Positions 1 to 7,261 of a stretch of 64,000 nucleotides of DNA are shown here, piece after piece (positions within the stretch are counted from its first letter, which is position 1; every line of letters starts with the position of its first letter). A program made the position numbers and the translations under genes. Origin of the DNA: an uncultured Fimbriimonadales bacterium (GTDB lineage Bacteria; Armatimonadota; Fimbriimonadia; Fimbriimonadales; GBS-DC); NCBI GenBank assembly GCA_937992175.1, contig CALKLF010000042.1, positions 9,743 to 73,742 of the forward strand, in the 5' to 3' direction. Below the pieces are notes generated by a model that searched no databases, was not told the origin of the DNA, and was given only the letters and a program-made list of their open reading frames with translations.

Positions 1-828
1 GGCGCGGCGCAACGCGCGGGCTGGCTGGAGAACACCGAGCAGGCGGGCGAGGCGACAGGGTTCAGCCCCCAACCCCCTTCGCCGCACCCTGACCTGCGCT
101 GGGGCGCGGTCAAACTCTTTGCCGACGGCGCGTTCACGACCCGCACCGCTGCCCTGCGCCAGCCCTACGCCGACACGCCCACAACCGGCGTGCTGATGTA
201 CGAACCTGAAGACCTGATGGAGCGGATTCTGACCGTCCATCGCGCGGGCTGGCAGTGCGCTGTGCATGCGATTGGCGACTCCGCGATTGAACTCGTGCTA
301 CAGGGCTACCGCCGCGCGCTGGACGCCTACCCCCGTCTCCACCACCGCCACCGAATCGAACACGCGATGTTGATGGCGGACGATTTGATGGCACAGATGC
401 AGGCGTTGGGCGTGGTGGTTGTGTCCCAGCCTGAGTTTCTCTGGTGGCTTACTCGCGCGTATCTGAAAGGGCTGGGCGAGCGCGCCGTGTCGCTGATGCC
501 GTTCCGCAGCTGGCTGCAGGCGGGCGTGGCGGTGGGCTTCAGCTCCGACCAACCCGTCGTGCCGGGCGACCCGATTCTCGGCTGGCGCACCGCCGTGACC
601 CGAACCAGCCGTGACGAGACCTGCCTGAATCCTGAAGAGGGCTTGAACCCGCTCACTGCTCTGCAGATGTTCACCGTCGGCGCAGCCTATGCCACAAACG
701 ACGAGGAGCTGGGCATGCTCGCGCCAGGCAAACAGGCGCGGTTTGTCGCGCTCTCCCACCCCCCAGAGCGAATCGCCGACGCCGAGATGCAGGTCGTCGT
801 AACCAGCTGGGAACTGCTGCGGGCGTAG
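1..828 (+). CDS. Amidohydrolase-3 family metal-dependent hydrolase (YtcJ-like); 5' end outside window
   Basis: Frame 1 is open from base 1 to TAG 826-828. Translation ...VKLFADGAFTTRTAALRQPY...AVHAIGDSAIE...HRIEHAMLM...GFSSDQPV fits the conserved C-terminal half of amidohydrolase 3 enzymes. Confidence 0.75.
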   Translation, partial: GAAQRAGWLENTEQAGEATGFSPQPPSPHPDLRWGAVKLFADGAFTTRTAALRQPYADTPTTGVLMYEPEDLMERILTVHRAGWQCAVHAIGDSAIELVLQGYRRALDAYPRLHHRHRIEHAMLMADDLMAQMQALGVVVVSQPEFLWWLTRAYLKGLGERAVSLMPFRSWLQAGVAVGFSSDQPVVPGDPILGWRTAVTRTSRDETCLNPEEGLNPLTALQMFTVGAAYATNDEELGMLAPGKQARFVALSHPPERIADAEMQVVVTSWELLRA

Positions 829-918
829 GGAAGCCTAACCATCCATTAACATCCTGCTTTGGGAGATTGGGCGCCAAAGGAATGAGGTATCCTCTGAAGG
901 TAGAGGGGATCAACTTGG

Positions 919-1548
919 ATGCAGAGTTTTATCCAGTTCGAACATTGCGAGTTCCGCGTTCTTTCCGAAGCCGACGAGGCGTGGTGGAGTTTTCTTTCTG
1001 TCGCATGCGATGCAGATCTGGGCGTCGGCGGAGATTTGCTCGCGGTTCTCGATATCGGCGGGGGCAGCGCGGAGGTCGCGCTTGGACGCGACGAGGTGGA
1101 GCAGTGGCTCAGCTTCCCCATCGGCGCGGGACGCCTCCGCGAAACACTGCTGCCGTCCGACCCGCCCGCTGAACGCGCGATACAGAACGCCGTCCAGCTT
1201 CTGGACGCGACCTTTGAACCCCTGCGCACCCTGCCGTCGCCTGAACGCATCGTATCTATCGGGGGTACAGGCGTGAATCTGGCGATGCTCGCGTTGGGGC
1301 TGACCCAGTTTGACCCAGCCCAAGCGCACGGCGTCTGGATTCGCTTGGAGACGCTGCTCACTCTGCGGGAGCGATTGATGCGCCTGAGCGACGCCGAACG
1401 ACGCGCCCTGCCCGGAATCGAACCCGACCGCGCCCCGCTGCTTCACATCGGCGCACTTATCATGGAGCGCGCCCTGCTCGCCCTGCAACGCACCGAGATT
1501 CAGATCAGCATGCGGGGGTTGCGCTACGGGATCCTGTGGAGCCTGTGA
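919..1548 (+). CDS. Ppx/GppA-family phosphatase fragment (second actin-like subdomain only; N-terminal ~100 aa absent)
   Basis: LAVLDIGGGSAEVAL, IGGTGVNLAML and later helices match Ppx/GppA domain II. No phosphate-1 (DxGSNS) region is present, and only 90 bp separates it from the upstream gene. Confidence 0.5.
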   Translation: MQSFIQFEHCEFRVLSEADEAWWSFLSVACDADLGVGGDLLAVLDIGGGSAEVALGRDEVEQWLSFPIGAGRLRETLLPSDPPAERAIQNAVQLLDATFEPLRTLPSPERIVSIGGTGVNLAMLALGLTQFDPAQAHGVWIRLETLLTLRERLMRLSDAERRALPGIEPDRAPLLHIGALIMERALLALQRTEIQISMRGLRYGILWSL

Positions 1549-1603
1549 GGTGCGCGCAGGCGTCGGGTGAACCGAGCCTTTGTGATAAGGACTTACCGAA
1601 AAA

Positions 1604-1678
1604 GATGCCTCGCTCCGCTCGGAATGACAGCGAGTTTCGGGCGACTACGCCTTCTCATTCCGAGCGGAGTGAGGCATC
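1604..1678. repeat. Family-A palindromic element (GATKCCTCGCTCCGCTCGGAATGACA ... TCATTCCGAGCGGAGTGAGGCATC)
   Basis: Two ~26-nt arms are reverse complements around a ~23-nt spacer. The same element recurs at 6731, 28462, 29927 and 42628. Confidence 0.85.
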
Positions 1679-1770
1679 TCAGCGCCGCATTTTAGAGACG
1701 ATTTAACACTTGAGGGACTTAAGTCTTCAAAGGTTAAGTCGTCCCTTTTTGCCCTATCCCTGCGTCAAAG

Positions 1771-1868
1771 CCACCCCCACCCCAACCCTCCCCGCTTGCG
1801 GGGAGGGAGCGCACAAGCGCGGGCAGCCGCGACTCCTCCCCCGTTCACGGGGGAGGTTGGGAGGGGGG
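1771..1868. repeat. Family-C G/C-rich hairpin element (CCTCCCCG-cttg-CGGGGAGG ... CTCCCCCG-ttca-CGGGGGAG)
   Basis: The ends are inverted (CCCAACCCTCCCCG vs reverse complement of CGGGGAGGTTGGG). Same hairpin style as the 4658-4971 insertion in ribF. It lies in a 580-bp non-coding gap that also carries GAGGGACTTA / TAAGTCYTCAAAGG motifs. Confidence 0.6.
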
Positions 1869-2126
1869 AAAGAGAATAGAAGGCAAACAGGACGATTTCA
1901 CATTTGGGGGACTTACCGCCCAATTCCCCTAAATTCCCCCCAATTCGCCGACTAAAACGGCAGGAATCGTCTGAGAGGTAGCGTATATAGAGCGTGAAAA
2001 AAGGGGACGACAGGCAAAGGAGAGCAAAACCTGTCGCCCCCAAGAGAGGTGTGTAGTTGCTTGCTATCTGTATAGACGCAGAATCGCGCCGAAAAGTTCC
2101 CGACTTCGGGTACAATTCGGCGCGAA

Positions 2127-3110
2127 ATGCGTTCGAGAGACTCGTTTAAGCGCGCCGCCCAGCTCCTGTGTGAGGCGGAGTCGCTGCTGATTGTCCCCCA
2201 TTTACATCCCGACGGGGACGCGCTGGGCAGCGCGCTGGGGCTGTATCACGCCCTCAAACAGATGGGCAAACCCCTCGTGGAGGTGGTCAGTCACGACTCC
2301 GTGCCCGAAATCTATCGCTTTCTGCCCGACTGGCAAGCGATCCACCTGGAGCATCCTCCACAGACCACCTATGACCTGGCTGTGGTTGTGGATCAGAGTC
2401 AGCTTAATCGTGCAGGCAAACATGAGTCGCTGGTGCGCGCGGCGCGGCGGATTCTGCAGATTGACCACCACATGCCGCTGGAGCCGTTCGCCGATGTGCG
2501 GATTGTAGACACCGACGCGGCGGCGACGGCGGAGCTGGTCTACCGCCTGCTGCGGGCGATGCGCGTGCGCATCACCCCCGAAGTCGCGACCTGCCTGCTC
2601 ACGGGCATCGTGACCGACACCTTCTCGTTCAAGTTTCCCAACACGACTCCGCGCACGCTGCGCATCGCCGCTGCCCTGCAACAGGCAGGCGCGAACCTGA
2701 GCTTCATCAGCGAGCAGGTGTTCGAAACGCGCTCCTTCTCGGCAGTGAAGCTGCTTGGACTCGCGCTCTCCACGCTCCAGCGCACGCCTGATGGGAAGAT
2801 TGCTTGGATTACCATCCCGCGCCGCTCTTTTGAGGAGTCTCATGCTCACGAAGAGGAGACAGAGGGCATCGTGAACTTCGTGCGGTCGGTGCGCGGCGTT
2901 GAGCTGGCGATGATGTTGCGCGAATCGCCCAACGGCAAGGTGCGGGTCAGCCTGCGCAGTCGGGGCAAGGTGAATGTGGCGCATCTGGCGCAGCAGTTCG
3001 GCGGCGGCGGGCACGAAAACGCCGCTGGCTGCACGCTGGAGACCAGCATCGAGAAGGCGGAGAGGATTTTAGTGCGCGAGGCGCAGCGATGGATGGAGTC
3101 GTCATCGTAA
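2127..3110 (+). CDS. nrnA: DHH/DHHA1 phosphoesterase (NrnA-like oligoribonuclease / pAp phosphatase)
   Basis: 327 aa with HPDGDALGS, QIDHH, GIVTDT and a C-terminal FGGGGHENAAG (DHHA1) motif. Overlaps the truB start. Confidence 0.8.
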   Translation: MRSRDSFKRAAQLLCEAESLLIVPHLHPDGDALGSALGLYHALKQMGKPLVEVVSHDSVPEIYRFLPDWQAIHLEHPPQTTYDLAVVVDQSQLNRAGKHESLVRAARRILQIDHHMPLEPFADVRIVDTDAAATAELVYRLLRAMRVRITPEVATCLLTGIVTDTFSFKFPNTTPRTLRIAAALQQAGANLSFISEQVFETRSFSAVKLLGLALSTLQRTPDGKIAWITIPRRSFEESHAHEEETEGIVNFVRSVRGVELAMMLRESPNGKVRVSLRSRGKVNVAHLAQQFGGGGHENAAGCTLETSIEKAERILVREAQRWMESSS

Positions 3111-3970
3111 ATAAACCTGCGGGGATGACCTCGCACGATTTGATTGACCATCTGCGTCGCGTGGCGGGGCAGAGGGAGGTCGGGCACGCGGGCACGCTCG
3201 ACCCGCTGGCGACGGGCGTGCTGGTCTGCCTGCTGGGACGCGCCACGCGCCTCTCGCCCTACCTGCAGGAACTGCCCAAAGCCTATCGGGGCGTGATTCA
3301 GTTCGGCATCCGCACCAATACGCAGGACGCTGAGGGCGAGGTTTTCTACCAGAAACCCGCGCCGCACCTCACGGAGGAGCAGGTACGCGCCGCCGCCGAA
3401 CAGTTCAAGGGGCGTATCCTGCAAATTCCGCCGATGTTTTCTGCTGTGCGCCTTGAGGGGAAAAAACTGCACGAACTCGCGCGGAAAGGACAGGAGGTGC
3501 TGCGCGAGCCGCGCCCGGTGTATATCTATAGGCTGGAGATTCTCGGTTTTCAGGGGGGCGACTATCCGACTGCCGAGTTCGAAGTGGAATGCTCGAAGGG
3601 AACCTATGTGCGCACGCTGGCGTCGGACATCGGCGACGCGCTGGGGGTGGGGGCGCATTTGAAGCAGCTCACGCGCACCGCCGTCGGCAAGTTCCGCCAT
3701 GAGGACGCTTGCGCGCTGGAGGAGCTGACCGACGCCGACGCGCTGCAGCAACGGCTCATTTCACTGGCGGATGCGCTCTCGCACCTGCCGCAGTGGTCGC
3801 CCACGCCCGCCGTGCTGGAGCGGCTCAAGCACGGCAACTTTGTGCAGGCGGAACATCCGCTGTGGACGCCTGGGGGGCATGTGGTGGTGTTAGATTCGGA
3901 GGGCAAGGTGGCGTTGATGGCGCGTTGGCTGCCGCCGCTGTTGCGCCCTGTGCGGGTGATTCAGGGATGA
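3089..3970 (+). CDS. truB: tRNA pseudouridine(55) synthase
   Basis: N-terminus MDGVVIVNKPAGMTSHD...GHAGTLDPLATGVLVCLLGRATRL carries the TruB catalytic Asp motif. 293 aa. Confidence 0.92.
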   Translation: MDGVVIVNKPAGMTSHDLIDHLRRVAGQREVGHAGTLDPLATGVLVCLLGRATRLSPYLQELPKAYRGVIQFGIRTNTQDAEGEVFYQKPAPHLTEEQVRAAAEQFKGRILQIPPMFSAVRLEGKKLHELARKGQEVLREPRPVYIYRLEILGFQGGDYPTAEFEVECSKGTYVRTLASDIGDALGVGAHLKQLTRTAVGKFRHEDACALEELTDADALQQRLISLADALSHLPQWSPTPAVLERLKHGNFVQAEHPLWTPGGHVVVLDSEGKVALMARWLPPLLRPVRVIQG

Positions 3971-5220
3971 GCTGGGTGATTGGCGTAGAGGGCGTGCGCG
4001 GTGCGTTTCCCGACGGCTGCGCGGTGACGATGGGCGTGTTCGATGGCGTGCATCGGGGGCATGCCACGCTCATTGAGGCGACCACACGCTGGGCGCACGC
4101 CCATGGCGTCCCCGCCGTCGCGCTGACCTTCGACCCGCACCCCGCCGCCGTCCTCGCGCCGCGCCATCGCCCACCGATGCTCTGCCCGCTCGCCCACCGC
4201 GTGGAGCGACTGCTGCAGCAGGGCATCGACTGCGTGGTCGTGCAGCCCTTTACACAGGCGTTCGCGCAGCTCTCGCCCGAAGCGTTTATCGAGGAGGTGC
4301 TGAGGCGCGACCTGAACGCCTGTGCGGTGGTGGTCGGCGACGACTTTCGTTTCGGGCGCGGGCGCACAGGCAGCGTGGAGACCCTGCATCGCGCAGGAAC
4401 GCTTGAGGTCGTCACGGTCGACAGCGTCCTCGACGAATCGGGCGAGCGTATCTCTTCCACGCGCATTCGGGAACTGATTCTGGCGGGGCAGCTGGAGCAG
4501 GCGAACGCGCTGCTGGGCGAGCCGCTCTATTGGACAGGCGTCGTGACGCGCGGCGATGGGCGCGGACGCGGCTTCGGCTACCCGACAGCAAACCTCACAC
4601 CACCGGAGCCGCTGATTACGCCGCTGGAGGGGGTGTATGCGTGTGTGGCGTATGTGTGCCCTCACCCCCCTGCCTTCTTCTCACACGGCGGGGGGGACGA
4701 GAGAGGTACAACGCTTGAGTCCCACACCTCCTATCTTTCTGACCTCACCCCCCTGTCCCCCCTCTCCGTAAACGGAGAGGGGGGAGACGCCGCCCCAGGC
4801 GCAGGCGGCTCCCCCTCTCCGTCTACAGAGGGGGCGCTGGGGGGTGAGGTCGAAAAGGCGCAGGAAAACGAGGCTTTTGTCTCGGAGGTCGAGGCGGACT
4901 CGCGCACCCTTGTTAGGAAAGCAGACTCCCCTCTCCCACGGCGTGGGAGAGGGGGGCAAGGGGGTGAGGGCTACAAAGTCTACCCCGCCGCCGTCAGCGT
5001 CGGTAAGCCGCCGATGTTCGAAAACGCCCGCGGGCGCGTGGAGGCGTACTTGATCGACTTTCCCGATCACGATTTGTATGGGCGCGTCGTCGCGTTGCAG
5101 TTCCTGAAACGCCTGCGCCCGCAACAACGATTCGAAAGCGTCGATGCGCTGCTGGAGCAGATGGCGCGCGATGTCGAACAGACGCGCCAAATTGCGCAGG
5201 AGGTACAATCGGGGCGATGA
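3967..5220 (+). CDS. ribF: Bifunctional riboflavin kinase / FMN adenylyltransferase, carrying a ~105-aa in-frame repeat-derived insertion
   Basis: ATG 3967 overlaps the truB stop (ATGA). GVFDGVHRGHATLI, the FAD synthetase half and an RFK half (GVYA ... YPAAVSVGKPPMF ... EAYLIDF) are all present. The longer track ORF from 3709 is a truB-overlapping artefact. Confidence 0.88.
   Translation: MSWVIGVEGVRGAFPDGCAVTMGVFDGVHRGHATLIEATTRWAHAHGVPAVALTFDPHPAAVLAPRHRPPMLCPLAHRVERLLQQGIDCVVVQPFTQAFAQLSPEAFIEEVLRRDLNACAVVVGDDFRFGRGRTGSVETLHRAGTLEVVTVDSVLDESGERISSTRIRELILAGQLEQANALLGEPLYWTGVVTRGDGRGRGFGYPTANLTPPEPLITPLEGVYACVAYVCPHPPAFFSHGGGDERGTTLESHTSYLSDLTPLSPLSVNGEGGDAAPGAGGSPSPSTEGALGGEVEKAQENEAFVSEVEADSRTLVRKADSPLPRRGRGGQGGEGYKVYPAAVSVGKPPMFENARGRVEAYLIDFPDHDLYGRVVALQFLKRLRPQQRFESVDALLEQMARDVEQTRQIAQEVQSGR
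4658..4971. mobile_element. MITE-like family-C repeat inserted inside ribF without breaking the frame
   Basis: Terminal inverted repeats GCCCTCACCCCCCTGCC (4658-4674) and GGCAAGGGGGTGAGGGC (4955-4971). Internal perfect hairpins include CCCCCCTCTCCG-taaa-CGGAGAGGGGGG and CCCCTCTCCCAC-ggc-GTGGGAGAGGGG. Confidence 0.65.
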
Positions 5221-5936
5221 CCATCCGGGCAGAGAACCTGAAACGCGCCTATCGCAAGCGGCTCGTCGTGCGCGATGTGTCGCTGGAAGTCGGGCAGGGC
5301 GAGGTCGTCGGGCTGCTTGGTCCCAACGGCGCGGGCAAGACCACTACCTTCTATATGATTGTGGGGCTAATCCGCCCGCATGGGGGGCGCGTGTTTGTGG
5401 GCGAGCAGGAGATTACTCGCCTGCCGATGTACCAGCGCGCGCGGCTTGGACTGGGCTACCTCCCGCAGGAGGCGTCCGTCTTTCGGCAACTGACCGTCGA
5501 GCAGAATCTGTTGCTGGTGATGGAGATGCGCGGCGTCCCGCCGCAGACCCGACGGGAACGCGCCGAGCAGCTGATGGAGGAGTTTCATATCGCCCACCTG
5601 CGCCACAGCAAAGGCTACGCGCTGTCGGGTGGCGAGCGACGGCGCGTGGAGATCGCCCGCGCCCTCGCCCTGCAACCCGCCTTCCTGCTACTCGACGAGC
5701 CGTTCACAGGAATCGACCCCAAGACCATCGAGGAGCTTCAGGAGATTATTCTCGGCTTGCGCCAACGCAACATCGGCGTGCTGATTACCGACCACAATGT
5801 GAGCGCCACGCTGCGCATCACCGATCGGAGCTATATTCTGGCGGACGGCGTGATTGTGGCGCAGGGCGCGCCCGAAGAGGTCATTGCCAATCCGCTGGCA
5901 CGGAAGTATTACTTTGGGGAGAGTTTCGAACTATAG
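5217..5936 (+). CDS. lptB: LPS export ABC transporter ATP-binding protein
   Basis: 239 aa. GPNGAGKTTTFYMIVGL, YLPQEASVFRQLTV, LSGGERRRVEIARAL and LLLDEPF are typical of LptB. The start overlaps the ribF stop (ATGA). Confidence 0.9.
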   Translation: MTIRAENLKRAYRKRLVVRDVSLEVGQGEVVGLLGPNGAGKTTTFYMIVGLIRPHGGRVFVGEQEITRLPMYQRARLGLGYLPQEASVFRQLTVEQNLLLVMEMRGVPPQTRRERAEQLMEEFHIAHLRHSKGYALSGGERRRVEIARALALQPAFLLLDEPFTGIDPKTIEELQEIILGLRQRNIGVLITDHNVSATLRITDRSYILADGVIVAQGAPEEVIANPLARKYYFGESFEL

Positions 5937-6713
5937 CCCCATCACCCGCAACAGGTTCTCCAGATAACGCACGCTGAGGTCGGTCATGCGCACGCTGATT
6001 CCGAGCAGTCCCGGCAGGCTCGCGCCGAGCGCGACCAGCCCGACGGCAATCTTGGCGGGCATACCAATCAGCCACACAGGGATCTGCGGCACGGCGCGTG
6101 AGACCGCCGCCATCGCGCCGTCCACCACCAGCAGCACGCCCGCTGCCGGCGCGGCAATCTGCAGGCAGAGCATCATCACCTCACCGCCCAGCTGCGTCGC
6201 CAGAGGCAGACTCGCCTCCGACCACGCGCTGAGGCTCCCCAGCCCCGCCCCTGCCTCGAAACTCCGCGCCAACGCCAGCAACAGCCAGTGATGCCCATTC
6301 ACCAGTGCAAACAGCGTCATCGCCAGCATATAGTGAAACTGCGCCAGCACGGTCGTCGGAAAAGTGGAAACAGGGTTCAGCACCTGCATCAGGTTGAAGC
6401 CCATCATCGCATCCAGCGCCTCGCCCGCCATCACCGCCGTGCCGATAATCAGGCTCACTCCATAGCCCATCACCAACCCAATAATCGCCTCGCCTATAAG
6501 GCGCGCAATTAGCGGTATCCAGTCGGTGGGCGGCGTGCCTGTGTGGGGCTGGATCAGCGGCGCGAGCGCAAGCGCAATCACCGCCGACAGCCCCACCCGA
6601 ATCGGCGCAGGAACCAATCGGCTACCAAACACGGGCGCGACCAGCGCCAGCCCCGACGCCCGCACAAACGCCACAAGAAACGCCCAGAACCATTCCAGAT
6701 TAAGACTCATCAT
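5931..6713 (-). CDS. fliR: Type III (flagellar) export apparatus membrane protein FliR/SctT family
   Basis: 260 aa polytopic protein. FLVAFVRASGLALVAPVFGSRLVPAPIRVGL and later FliR-like helices are present. Confidence 0.8.
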   Translation of the reverse strand: MMSLNLEWFWAFLVAFVRASGLALVAPVFGSRLVPAPIRVGLSAVIALALAPLIQPHTGTPPTDWIPLIARLIGEAIIGLVMGYGVSLIIGTAVMAGEALDAMMGFNLMQVLNPVSTFPTTVLAQFHYMLAMTLFALVNGHHWLLLALARSFEAGAGLGSLSAWSEASLPLATQLGGEVMMLCLQIAAPAAGVLLVVDGAMAAVSRAVPQIPVWLIGMPAKIAVGLVALGASLPGLLGISVRMTDLSVRYLENLLRVMGL

Positions 6714-6730
6714 CGTTGACTAATTGTTGA

Positions 6731-6890
6731 GATTCCTCGCTGCGCTCGGAATGACACTGTTCAGAATGGCGAGTTTCCTCACTGCGCTCGGAATGACACT
6801 GTTCAGAATGGCGAGTTTCCTCACTGCGCTCGGAATGACAGGCTTATTCGTATGCAGCCTCTGTTGTCATTCCGAGCGCAGCGAGGAATC
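6731..6890. repeat. Family-A palindromic element with its left arm tandemly triplicated (42-bp unit)
   Basis: TTCCTCRCTGCGCTCGGAATGACA-CTGTTCAGAATGGCGAGT occurs three times (the third copy lacks the spacer), followed by one right arm TGTCATTCCGAGCGCAGCGAGGAATC. Sits between fliQ and fliR. Confidence 0.9.
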
Positions 6891-6906
6891 TCCCAGATGC
6901 CCCCGC

Positions 6907-7167
6907 TTACGGCGGCAAGTTCGAGAACACCTTACTGGTAAACTCCACAACCTGGGTCAGCATCCATCCACCTGCGAACAGCGCGACCAAACCGACGGCA
7001 ATCATCTTGGGAATGAACTGCAGCGTCATCTCCTGAATCTGCGTCACTGCCTGAAACACGCTCACAATCAGCCCCACAATCAGTGCGGTAATCAAGATAG
7101 GCATCGCCACCTGCAAGCCCACGAGCATCGCTTGACGCCCCAGCTCCAGCACCTCCGCTTGGCTCAT
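6907..7167 (-). CDS. fliQ: Type III (flagellar) export apparatus protein FliQ/SctS family
   Basis: 86 aa: MSQAEVLELGRQAMLVGLQVAMPILITALIVGLIVSVFQAVTQIQEMTLQFIPK is the classic FliQ sequence pattern. Confidence 0.85.
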   Translation of the reverse strand: MSQAEVLELGRQAMLVGLQVAMPILITALIVGLIVSVFQAVTQIQEMTLQFIPKMIAVGLVALFAGGWMLTQVVEFTSKVFSNLPP

Positions 7168-7261
7168 ACTGGTAATTTTGGCGTGGCGTGTGGCATTTTG
7201 CAGAGGGTGGGTTCCTCTTTACTGGCTACTGCCCGTAGTTGAGCTTGAGAAACTTATAAAA

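Noticed and set aside
3709-3966. N-terminal 86-aa extension of the ribF ORF given in the track (start 3709)
   Set aside because: It overlaps the truB coding region in another frame, has Ala/Gly/Arg-rich composition typical of off-frame GC-rich sequence, and the canonical RibF N-terminus begins at ATG 3967, which overlaps the truB stop.
4658-4971. ribF insertion as an intein or intron
   Set aside because: The insert does begin with Cys. However, it has no intein blocks and no His-Asn plus Cys/Ser/Thr at the C-terminal junction (it ends ...GGEG|YKV). It consists of low-complexity sequence derived from hairpin repeats with terminal inverted repeats.
6724-7242. 172-aa ORF spanning the family-A repeats and running antisense through fliQ
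   Set aside because: The repeated MTLFRMASFLTALG peptide is just the translated tandem repeat. The remainder is the antisense shadow of fliQ.
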